From the NCBI GenBank assembly GCA_050084985.1, contig JBITNC010000001.1, positions 126,046,001 through 126,110,000 on the forward strand: a stretch of DNA of 64,000 bases, in the 5' to 3' direction. The position numbers were made by a program, and so were the translations under genes. The stretch is from Nageia nagi. Lineage: Eukaryota; Plantae; Pinophyta. Below the pieces are notes generated by a model. It was not told the origin of the DNA, did no database searches, and saw only the letters and a list, made by a program, of their open reading frames with translations. The stretch's first letter is position 1, and the number at the start of each line of letters is the position of its first letter. Positions 13,381-25,631 of this stretch are shown in pieces.

Positions 13381-14269
13381 TTTGATAGATTATGTAAAAT
13401 ATGATGTGTTATGATTTTCATATTATATTGTATATGGTATAATAAACATGTCGTATTCAACATTATGAGTTATCATATTGCATATCATGTGCTACAATTG
13501 TAATTTATTATATAGCATGGATTACATTATGTGTTATCTTTAGAGGATATGATCTAAACCAAGTGCCAGAGGAAGCTAAGAGCATTTCGAAAAATACCAA
13601 AAAAATATTTTAAAAATGAAAACAAATAAGCATATTAACCTCTTCAAGTTAGTGGAGATTATATGTGTTACCATACAACCATGTATCAATGCACCTCTTA
13701 GAAAAAAAATTCAACACTTGAATGTTATGGAAAATAAGGATGAATATATTATCCATAAAATTTGGAAAAGATCCCATATGATGATGTAAGTCCATGCATT
13801 AATAGTACACCAAGTAAAGAAGAAAATAAGATCTTGAATGTTTAGAAAAGTAACTATTCAGGAGTTACATTCAGTTATGAACATGGAATTTAAAAATTAG
13901 AAATATAAAAGATAAATAATGAATAGGCTAATAAGAATGATGAGGATTATAATGAAAATGAATTAGATGATATTAAATAAAATGCAAAAAAATAGATGTC
14001 TAGATAGAATTATTTTAGATAGTGAAAGAAGTGAAATGATTAATTTTTTTAAGGAAATTTTTAAAAAAAATTAAAAAAGAAAAACCAAGTCCATTTGTAT
14101 ATTCTAAGGAAATAAGGAAAAATAATGAAAATGATAGAATTGCTAGAAGTAATGATTCTTTGGTTGATAATAATGTTGATATTATTATTCAAGTTTATGA
14201 TTGGAAAGACATGCTTAAAAAGGTAGAAGATAAAAAAAAATGGATCATGGAAAGATGTACTTTTGACAT

Positions 14270-15023
14270 GAGCAGCATGGGCTAGAGAGTTATTATTGAG
14301 GGACTTCCTTTTTCTACATCATGGGAAGCCCTAGAGGATCACTTGAGGAAAGTTGAGGATGTATGTTTTGTTGAAATATACCATGGAAGGAATGGCAAAA
14401 TGAGAGTTGTAGATTAAACAAAGTATGCATATATGACACATGTAGTAAGAAATCTTGATGACTCTAAGTTTTAGGGTTAAGGAGGGTACAAGTGAACATA
14501 GTCAAAGTTGTTTGTTAAGCCCTAGCCCTTGTAGAGAACAAAGCCCAAATCAATTAGGAAAATACAATCAAAGCTAATCTAGAAATAGAAACTATTACTC
14601 AGTAGTGAGATCAAGATCAAGGTCTACATCAAGATCAAGATCAAGGTCTACATCAAGATCAAGAATAGGATCCCCATCGAGATTAGTGGTCTATCTTAGG
14701 TTTCCCTTTTAGGTCAAAATCATGATCACGTTTAAGGTTTGTATTTCATTCCCTATTAAGGAGCAGATCACCATCAAAATTGAGATGTAGGTCTCATTCT
14801 TATTTGAGATTGAAATCAACTGGGTATTCAATGTCTCGATCTCATTCATAATCAAGATTTGTATCATGAATTACTAGTTCTTAGTCAAAATCAGTGTTTG
14901 GATTAGGTCATTTGAATTTAAGATCTAAAACTCCTTTAGATTCTTTTTAGGGAGATAGCTGCTACTTGGAGGTTTATGTCAAGATCACCTTCCATTAGAA
15001 GCAATAGCAAAAGAATGAGATAG
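14270..15023 (+). pseudogene. Second, 5'-truncated and more decayed copy of the intronless SR pseudogene
   Basis: Colinear with 9060-9785 (GAGCAGCATGGGCT...GAGGGACTTCCTTTTTCTACATCATGG...GCAATAGCAAAAGAATGAGATAG). RRM1 is absent. It has many stops, a deletion near 14470 and a short tandem duplication at ~14610-14660. Confidence 0.9.
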
Positions 15024-15061
15024 ATATGACAAACCATGATAAAATGCCATGGAATTATGGA

Positions 15062-16220
15062 AGAAAATATGGATTAGGAAATACTTCAAAGTACTAATAC
15101 AAATAAATGGTTCACCAAGAAAAGTCAAACAAAGAGTGTGGGCATCCCTTCTTATAGTACAAAATTAAATTTGAATAAGTAAAATTAGATTTGTGAGCAA
15201 TAAATGCTCTTATTTACTCCTCCAACACATTAATGGTGGACTTGCATGCGCATGAGTGTAGTTAAGAGAGTTGCATGAGTTAAAGTAGTATCAAAGACAT
15301 TAGGTTCCTATGATGTTGTCACAAAAATATATGTCACCAATCCATTAAAAATTGAGTTCTTTCAATATCATCCTTAAAGTCTATATATAGTATAGATGAC
15401 CTACTTCAATGTGATCACAACTTGATATTTCATCTTTTGTAAGTGTTTTATCTTCTTTATTCTTCTATTGCTTTTTATTTTTATTTTTATATTTACATAC
15501 TCCATGTATGGTATAGTATACTTCCTTAGTCACTATCTTTTCGATAAACTCATGCAATGAAAAATCAATAAGTATGCTAAATTATAATAAACATTATTGA
15601 ACTAAGGATATTATTAAGATATTATTTTTATCTTCATCCTTGATATTCAATAACTTTGTAACTCTTACCTAACTTTTGATGAATTCATAAACTAATCAAT
15701 TTTTATTTTTCTTTAACTTTTACAAATCACCTAACTTTGCTTTTGGTTTGTTGGATATTCTTTATCTTTACTAAAATGAATTTATCAATGTCTTGAATTT
15801 ATTAATACTTCTATTAGATAAATATTAATTTCATTTAAATGCATCTCCAAAAAGATTGAACAAAAAACCTTGTCTAAGAAATCATTATCATATGAATACC
15901 AAAAGGCCTCATTGTTGAGAACCAAAGATGAATCATAATGTTATCCATTTAATTGAATTTATTGAACTAAATTTCTATTTTGTATTACAAATATTTTATT
16001 AGTTTGTCATCAAAAATGGATTATTTTATTTAATCTCTTATTTTGAGTTATTTATTTTATCCTATTATTCAACCAATTTGGTTAGTTTTAATTGTTATCT
16101 CTCAAATTTGTTAACTCTATCACTTAGTCTTTATGGTAGTTATGGCTATGGATCCTCAATAGTTTTTTGTTAACTTGTTTAAAATATATCATTAATTTAT
16201 TTTATCCCTTTTTCATGATC
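15062..16220 (-). repeat. Repeat family X, copy 1 (direct repeat of 18386-19561; contains decayed Ty3/gypsy-type gag)
   Basis: Near-continuous alignment with 18386-19561, from AAGAAAA.ATGGATTAGGAAATACTTC to TTATCCCTTT.TCATGATCC. Confidence 0.85.
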
Positions 16221-16289
16221 CAACATTTGAGATTATGTATGATATTTCATGATCTTACTAATTTTTCTTTAGAAGAAATAGATCCCTTA

Positions 16290-17570
16290 CTAATGATTTT
16301 TACTTGGTTATTGTCACCAAACTAGACCTTACCAAAGACATTCTTCTCAAGTGGGATGATCAAATTTTTACTTTGTTGATGATCAAATTTTTTACTGATG
16401 CTTAAATCATATGCATCAAGAACATATTACCACACTCTTCAATGTAGTTGGAAAACTATTGCTTCTTCTAGAAGTACGATTTCTCTATTTGATTATCTTT
16501 TCCATAGTGATGATAATGTTGGGGTAATGAGTTTTAGATTATATCAGAGGATCTGCCTCTTCCTCTACCATTTCCATGTCTTCCATAACCTCTATCATGA
16601 TTTGAATCACCATAGCCTCATGAAGAATATTTTATGTAAGAGGAAGGAAAAGGTTGGTCATTGAATTTGATCTTTCCTTGGAAAGCTTAGTCTAAGTTAT
16701 AAGATTTATCCTTCATTCAGTGCTCATATGTATGCAAACTACTAAGTAACTCTATAATAATTAAATACCATAAAACTTAAGAATCCTTTATGGTTATGGT
16801 GATGGGATCGAAATTCTTGGAAGGCATCGTAGCACTTTCTCCATGATCCTTGTATTATTTAGTGAGTCACCATGTGAATGAAGAGAATTTACCAAATATT
16901 AAACTCTATTCATGAATAATCAATGGTATCATCATCATAAAATTCTTTATGTAAGAGCTATACTTTAGAAACTCTAACCTTATAAGATCCCTTGTTAGAA
17001 CTCTTAAGAATCACCCATGCTTCCTTTGAAAACTTGCATTGTACAATCTTGGGGAAGATAGACACATATATCCCACTCTTTATGGTGAATAGGATTTGAT
17101 ATCCTTATTAAAAGTATCCAAAATTTCCTTCTACTCATCTACTAAAAGTGCAATAAGGGTTGTAACATCAAGTTCAACATAGCCTTGAGATATAAGACTT
17201 CAAAGGTATTGCAAGATGAGAAACATTGTTATTCTAATACTATAATATTTGAAGTACTCACCACTAAAAATAGAAATATGCAAATGTAATGTACTTACTT
17301 TTTTTAATGATATTTTATCCCTTTGGAAGGAAAAGGCTTTGATACCAATTAATGATTTTTATGAATATGAGGCTAACAACTATCAAAATATACCTTAAGG
17401 AATTTACTAAATTCATCAAACTAACCTAGAATAAAAATGCCTATTGATATATATGGTTAAAAAGGTATTTAAGAGACCTTTTGAATAAGGGATCATATGT
17501 ATCAATATGATCTTTATATATCTATTGATTTTCTTATAAAGTTAAGGATCACCAAGATAATCCTAAAATA
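16290..17570 (-). mobile_element. Truncated Ty1/copia 5' end (LTR remnant, PBS, gag, protease region)
   Basis: PBS GCTTTGATACCA at 17336-17347 (reverse complement TGGTATCAAAGC, tRNA-iMet type). The gag start reads ISIFSGEYFKYYSIRITMFLILQYL*SLISQGYVE. KV*FGDN occurs near 16312-16330. Confidence 0.7.
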
Positions 17571-18385
17571 GAATGGTTGCGAAGATGGGTAGTTTCGCCC
17601 AAGCTTGCCAATAACAAAGTATGGAATGTTAAATATCATTAGAGATTTGGTGAAGAATTCTTTTTAAACCAAGTGGAATTAACTCAAAAGGATTTTCCAA
17701 TCTTTGGTAATTCTAAGCAAAGTGCAGACAAATTGTTATGTATGTAGTGATAGGATTGAACAAATAGAGAAAAAATATAGGCTATAAGTTTGGAAATCAT
17801 GAACAAAATATGGTCATGTTATATATGGAAAGAATTGGAAGGAAATATAATTTCAAACTATTTATGGCTCAATATTAATAGAGAAAGTATAGTATGGTAA
17901 ATATGGATTGATAGTTTTTAATTCACTGAATATACAAAATGATGGTGATTTTATCCATACAAAGTATGGTGTATCTTATATTATTTGAAATTTCTCTTAA
18001 TGGGCCATCTTGAAAAAAGGAATTACATAAAGAGGAAGTCTGAAACAAAAAGTTAAAGCCTCTACTTGAATATTGATTTGCTACAATCTTTACTAGGAAG
18101 AAAGATACTAAAGTAGTTATCTCTCAAATGAGAGCTTAAAATAAAACTTTAAGAAGTATCCACCAACCTAAAATGCCATAAAAATGGTGAACATCACTTG
18201 ATATTATCTTTAAAACCAAAATATATCATGCTTAAGTAATGTTCAAGAATTAGACACCCACTAAAATTGAAGAGGCAAAATACAAGTTATAATGCAATTT
18301 CTTCTCTATTGCTATTGGAAAATATGCATAAAATGATACAAAATAATCTAGAATTGAATAGGATCATGTCTCTATATAAATCATG

Positions 18386-21300
18386 AAAGAAAAGATGGAT
18401 TAGGAAATACTTCAAAGTACTAATAAAAATAAATGGTTCACCAAGAAAAGTCGAAGAAAGAGTGTGGGAAACCATTCTTATAGTACCAAATTAAATTGGA
18501 ATAAGCAAAATCAAATTTGTGAGAAATAAATGCTCTTATATACTCCTACAACACATTAATGGTGGACTTGCATGCGCATGAGTGTAGTTGAGCAAGTTTC
18601 ATGAGTTATAGGAGTATCAAAGACAATAAGTTCCTATGATGTTGTCACAAAAATATTTGTCACCAAACCATTAAAAATTGATTTCTTTCAATATCATCCT
18701 TAAAGTCTATATATAGTATTGGTGACCTACTCGTGACCTACTTCAATGTGATCATAGCTTGATATTCTATCTTTTGTAAGTGTTTTATTTTCTTTATTCT
18801 TCTATTGCTTTTTATTTTATTTTTATATTTTCATACTCCATGTACATATGGTCAAGTATACTTCCTTACTCACCATCTTTTCGATAAACTCATGCTATGA
18901 AAGATCAATAAGTATGCTAAATTATAATCAACATTTTTAGAATAAAGATGTTATTAAGATATTAATTTTTGCTTCATCCTTGATGTTCAATAACTTTGTA
19001 ACTTTTACCCAACTTTTGATGAATTCATAAACTAATCAATTTTTACTTTTCTTTAACTTCTACAAATCACCTAACTTTGTTTTTGGTTTGTTGGACATTC
19101 TTTATCTTTCCTTAAATGAATTTATCAATGTATTGAATTTATTAATGCTTCTATTAGCTAAATATTAATTTCATTTAAATGCATCTCAAAAATATTGAAC
19201 ACAAAAACCTTGTCTAAGAAATCATTATCATATGAGTACCAAAAGGCTTCATTGTTGAGAACCAAAGATGAATCATAAGATTATCCATTTAATGGAATTT
19301 ATTAAACTAAATTTCTATTTTTGTATTACACCTCTTTTATTAGTTTGTCATCCAAAATGGATTATGTTATTTAATCTCTTCTTTTGAGTTATTTATTTTA
19401 TCTTATTATTCAACCAATTTTGTTAGTTTTAATTGTTATCTTTCAAATTTGTTAACTCTGTCACTTAGCATTTTTGGTAGTTATGGCTATGGATCCTCAA
19501 TGTTTATTTGTTAACTTGTTTAAGCTATATCATTAATTTATTTTATCCCTTTATCATGATCCTTTAGTGGTTTGTTCTTAAATATTAATATTCATAAAAA
19601 TCTTTCAATATTCAAATCACTAATGATATCATATATAAAATCATATTTTTTACAAGAAGAAGATTTATTTAATTATATCACAAAGAATATTTTTGTAAAA
19701 ATTAAATTTGAAACTCATATTCATTTAATACCTTCAATATATTCATCATTCAAGGTTTCTTACATTACCTTATGAATCATAGTTCTTTTATCTTTTATTT
19801 TTTTAATCATGAATCTCTTTCTTATTAGATTCTTATTAATTAATCTCTTTTAGGTAGATTAACCAGCTAAATCATTTTCAAATCCAACATCAATTATGTC
19901 TTCTTCATTACAATATTCTTCCTCTTTGGAATATTTAAATCTAATTTGTCTTTATTGAGATGAACTTCCTCTCTAATATTTTATTAATTCAACTTCTTTA
20001 TTTGTGATATGTTCGCATATAGATATTGATGCATCTAATTTTATTTTATCACCAAAATCTAAAGTCTAAATTAAATAGTAGGATCATCAAACTTATACTA
20101 ACATGAAGCTTACATGATATAATATTGCATATAAAAATTTAATCATCTCAATGCAACATCATATGAAAATATAATATATCATCAACAAATGCATGGGATT
20201 TGTGAAGAATGCATAAAATTATTATCTTCTACATATTTATATTTTGTAAGATAATTCTCTTATGGGACCTTTTAAGGGAAATTTGGATCTAGATAATGTA
20301 AAGATTCAAATAAATAGTAGTAAATAAGCTTATTTGACCAAGTCCTTAGAATCCCATACCTATAAATATAACTTTTTTTTAAGAGTCTCCTTCAAATTCC
20401 CATCCAAAATATGTAAATTCCTAAGATTTTGCTTTTGTATACCTTTCCCTAACCTTACAAAATTCAATTTTCATGGTTTTATAGAGTATGGGTATTCTTT
20501 ATCTAAATTTGGAATAGCTTACTTAACTCAATCTTCTAAATCCTTTGAAATCCAAATAAATCAAAAATATCAAATTATACTAATAAGAGTAAAAGTATTC
20601 AAAATTAAAATACATTATTAACTTTTTTCAAAATACATGATTAATAAATACATATAATAAGATATAATAATCAAATGACTTATATACGATGCAAATTTCA
20701 TTGTGATTTACTTATTAACAATATTGTTTACATTCCACACATATCTTGTCAAATCATACAGTATGTTGTTACATGTATGTAGGAATATAAAAATAATTTT
20801 TTTTTTATTCTAAAATTATATATATAGTATCCAATATAAATATTATTTATGTAAATCTCAAGGATGAGTATGTTAGTTATTTACTAGTTATATGGTAATT
20901 AAAGCTAATTGTTATTAACCTTAATATTATCTATAATTATTTTCACATTATTATTATTATCTTATATTCCTAAAATGTGGTCTAATAATCTTTTTTTTCA
21001 TTTTATTTTCAATCAATAAAAGGAGGAGCAAGGCTTGCCATTCCCTATCAAATCTAATCCTAATAGATTAACATTGAGATCACATGAAATATGTCTCTCT
21101 TGGTAATAATCATTACCACCTATCATACTTTGATCTATTAAGATCTCATGCTATCTGATGCTTTCTATTCTATATACTTCATATGAGTTGCTAAATACTA
21201 AAACAACATTAATATTTTCATCTATAAATGATAAAAAGATAAATTCCAATTGCAGGGTAAGTTAAGCATGCAATTTAAGTGATGAAACACCAAGGACTTG

Positions 21301-22287
21301 TATATTATGAATATGAATTATTTTCATTAGTGATCGAATGAAATCCTCTTTCTATTCAATATATATCATTTAAGTATTAACATGAAAAGTGGTGCACATA
21401 CTCTATTGTTACTCATATTTATTAACCATCTAATGGTAATGTACCCCACTTTATTAACTATTACATTTGTATAAATTTTTTTTAATAATAATTATCCTAA
21501 AAGTTTTTAGATATATTTAGTTATAATTCATTTTCCATTTTTTAAAACTTACTAGTAGTTAAAACTCTCAATAATTAGCCTATGAATTGATCATCCATAG
21601 GGTCTACTTTATTTTAACATTATTTACGTGATTTCTTTATGCTACTCCTACTAGATTAACTTAAAAACATAATTTAGGAAAAAGTATAAATATGTAACTT
21701 TGCTTTTTTATATATGTTTATGATGTTTATATACAAGTTTGTGTGATTCCTAAAATCAATAACCTTAGTATCCCTATTCTATTACATAAGGATCAATAGT
21801 ATATAAATAGAGAATCCTTTGACATAATCTCTTAGGTTCATATGATTTATACGGAATCCAAACTATAATATTTAGAGAATTATTTAATATCTTACCTATC
21901 TCCCATCCTTTCTGGCCATTTAAAGGTTCGTGATCTCTCTTATTAGTTGATTTTTTCATTAAAGTACAAACATAACTCATTTTATTATTTAGATAAATTT
22001 TAGTTTACTCTAGTACTACATAGTTATTATATATTTTTTCACCAAAATAACATTTCATTGTAGAAAAATTGGAATTTTTGAAGAGAATAAATACATTCAC
22101 TTTACTAATAATATTTTTCTATTTAGGAGGATCTTGACCATGAAATGGATTTGTATATACTTGTTATATAAAATGCATCCAAATTCATCACGAACATTGA
22201 TAATAACATATTTATATAGCTTATCAATCTCTATATGAACCTATTAAACATATCTCTAAAGTATAAAATCTATTCATATCATATTCT
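18386..22287 (-). repeat. Repeat family X, copy 2 (decayed gypsy-type gag plus upstream unassigned sequence)
   Basis: Minus-strand peptides NEAFWYSYDNDFLDKVFVF and KLGDL*KLKKSKN*LVYEFIKSWVKVTKLLNIKDEAKINIL resemble Retrotrans_gag. 18860-20820 and 21690-22287 align with 57330-59870 and 60270-60862. Confidence 0.7.
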
Positions 22288-22439
22288 AATAGTTTTGAAG
22301 CATAATTTCATTCAAATATCACCTTTACATGGTAAACATTAATTCTATAACTCTACTTTTAAAAAATTCATATTTGTACAAGTATAATTTATATTTACAA
22401 AATTTTATTTTTGCATTATGTTCTCAAATTTCTTGTAAA

Positions 22440-22960
22440 AGAAATTACAAGGATTTGATCAAATTTATTAATATCTTTTTATTTGATATGTTTTGAATAG
22501 AATACTTTAATAACAAAAGTAAGATACTTAGTAAGTTTTATAAATAACATATTCAAAGCTTTATATGATATTAAAATTTTAAATTTAATCATAACATAAT
22601 ATAAATACAAATGCTAAGTAATTAAACTCTCTTAGTTAGATTATAATCAATTTTAAATTAAATTTTAATTTACATAATGTAATCGATTTTAACTCATAAA
22701 GGTTTGTATATTTCTATAATACTATTAATTTACTATTATATACAATGTCCAAAGCCAAAGGTTGATGTAAAAGTTGTTATTATTCAAACTTATACATATT
22801 GATACTTACATTTGATTGTGTATTGAATTTAGTAACTATTTTCACTATGACTGTATATTATTTTAAAACTACTTAGACATCAAAATTATGCTTAGATTGA
22901 CTTTTCACCCTATCAACTTTTTAGGGTTAATTTTTATGTAAAATAAAAGCCCCAAAACAT
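22440..22960. repeat. AT-rich dispersed repeat, copy 1 (partner 24800-25360)
   Basis: Shared colinear blocks, e.g. GATTTGATCAAA, AATTTACATAAT...CTCATAAA, ATTGACTTTTCA.CCTA.CAAC, TTTTATGTAA.ATA.A.GCCC. Confidence 0.65.
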
Positions 22961-24189
22961 CAATACAAACATATCATCTTAGAAATAACAACATGGGACA
23001 CCATACGTAACAATGAAAAATGAATACTGCCCTTAAGTGAACGCACATAATAATAAATTCTATCATGTTACTTTGGAAACCCTATATGGAGGAGTCTCCA
23101 TCTTAAAGAAGGTTTAGAGACTTGACCACTGGACCTACAGGATGGAGATATCAATCCACAGTCAGGTCACTCCCACAAGCCCCTTAAAAATCCTATCGTT
23201 AAGGAGAGGTAACAATAACCTTACAACTTTAATAATGTACGAATAAAATGATGGATGCTCTGAAATAAAAGAGTATAAAATGTGACATATCCATCATATT
23301 TGATAGTTGGAGGGTTCGCCTGCAACTCGTACCGTTGTGTGCTGACGAACTGTAGCTATCCTTTCAATGTATTCCCAACTGTAGTTCTCTAAATAGAAAT
23401 AGAAATATATTTTAAGCTTACAGAGCGCATTCAGAGGAGATTTCTATCTTGTCCATGTTGGCATACATGGATGTTTCGTCAAACAGGCTTTTTGGAGCCA
23501 TACTTAGTGGAACTCAATTTGTTACGTTCAACATGACACAAATCATGAAAACAAAAAGAATTTATAACTAAAAAGAAAACAAATTCGTAGACGGCAAAGC
23601 CACCCAACGTCACAAGTTCGGCCACAAAATTTGTCTGGGTCCTATGCTATTTCAAAAAAATGGGTACAATAAGTGGACCCAAAACATAGTTTTTGAAAAC
23701 CCGGGACTACTCATAACCATACAAATGGAGTGCCACATCACATCCTATACAAATCTTAGCTGTTTATATCAATTTTTTATTTCATCAATTCTGTTAGCCT
23801 TTTTACGTTATGTTTGGCTCTCCACTGCCCCTCTCTTTCTCTGACACTTGCGCCACTTGCTGTATTCTCTGATTCTGGAGACCAACCATGGATAGACACC
23901 TCAATTTCTCATTTCAATTCCAATCCAGATCAGGATTAATACATTGGTTTCATTACAGTGAGCCCACCTGCTCCTCTTAAAACAGCATTTCTTTTTTCAA
24001 AAATAGCGGGCGATGATAATACTTTTGTGGTGTATCTTCTTTTTTGATGGGTTGGTGGCGAATTTCAACAGTTTCCGGCTTTTGTAAAATCACTGCAAAA
24101 ACCCCTCCATCATACCATCAAACCCTTGGAAACTTCAGACCCTTCTTGTAAAGTCATAATAAATATTAATATGACTATTTTTACAGAAT

Positions 24190-24520
24190 TTTCAAGAGGA
24201 TTGATATGTTAGGATCTCATATTCTAATGTTAAATTAGGTTTAATTATGTTAGTAGTTAATTTAATTATTAGCTTCTATTCAATTTTGATGTAAACTGTC
24301 ACATTTTTGTAAGGCGAATTTTCATTTTAAATTAAACAACTAAATTAAGGTTAGGTAGAAGGACTATAAATAATTAAAGAGGGGTAAAGAGATCATATTG
24401 GAAAATTTATTTTGAGATCATATTGGAAAATCTATTTGAGTTGTAAGGTGAAAATCTATTAAAGTTACTCTTTAGCTATTTTGTTATCAATATGAAGCAT
24501 TTTATTTTATCTGTATGTGT
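24190..24520 (+). mobile_element. PPT + truncated LTR of the same family as the chromoviral gypsy at 37624-50028
   Basis: TTCAAGAGGATTGATA|TGTTAGGATCTCATATTCTAA at 24207 matches TTCCAAGAGTAGTGATA|TGTTAGGATTCCACATCTTAA at 49621. Both share the TAAGGTT..GTAG.AG..CTATAAATA...TAAAGAGA core. Confidence 0.75.
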
Positions 24521-24799
24521 CCGATTTGTTATCAATATGAAGAGATAATTGTGATGGACCTTCACAACCCTTCCCATCCGAACCCATTCTAGAAGGAAGT
24601 TATGAAAATGCCTAAAACCATTCTAAAATAATAGGATGTTCCCAAAGATATGCAATATTTGGGATTGGAAGACTTCATATGCTTTAGAAAAGGTGTTAGT
24701 CGTTAGATGGTTATATACAATCTAGATCTAAATAAGTGGAATTGGCTTCCAATATAATCTTTTTTGCACTCTTGTTTGGATTACTTATATAAACATATA

Positions 24800-25360
24800 G
24801 TAGAATTTGATCAAAATCATTAAAATCTTTGTGTTTGTTAGCCTTTAAATGGAATGTCCTAATAAACACCATGAACTTATGAGATTTAACATAGTTAACA
24901 AGTTTTATGAATAATATGTACAAACATATATAATCTTAAAAGTTTAAATTTATTCAACAAGATAATACATATACAAATATTAGATTTAAATCAATTCTCT
25001 CTCATCTCCAAATTAAAAACAATTTTATATTACAAATTAAAAGTAAATTAATTACAATTTACATAATATAATTATTTAAATCTCATAAAAGTTTATATAA
25101 TTATATAATGCTATTGATTTACTATTGTATGCAAAATGCAAACTAAAGATTAAACTAAAAGTTATCAATATTTATACTTACACATATAATCACTTAAATT
25201 TTGTATTGTACTAAATTTAGTATCTTATTTAACTATGTATATATATTATCTTCAAAGTAATTATTGTATACTAATTTTCAAGTTCAAATAATATTAAATT
25301 GACTTTTCAGCCTACCAACGCTTTAGACCCACCTTTTATGTAAGATAGAGGCCCATGACT
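24800..25360. repeat. AT-rich dispersed repeat, copy 2 (partner 22440-22960)
   Basis: Colinear similarity to 22440-22960 in the same orientation. It ends about 270 bp from the RLP stop codon. Confidence 0.65.
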
Positions 25361-25631
25361 TCGACTAAATAATTGATCAACTATATAAAACAGTAATTAC
25401 AAAACTTGATACAGATATTGATGACTAAAAATTTTAATATAAGCATCCAATCTGAAAAACTACATACCCGTGATAACATACATAAAAAAGAAAAATTAAT
25501 GTGGTCAAACAAACTGAAAAGTTGCCAACCATACAACTTTAGTCTGTACGAATGACATAATAAGTGGGATGAGAGCAGAATAAATAAAGTTTTAACCCAT
25601 GAAAATCGATGGTTCATCTAATCCAGCAACT

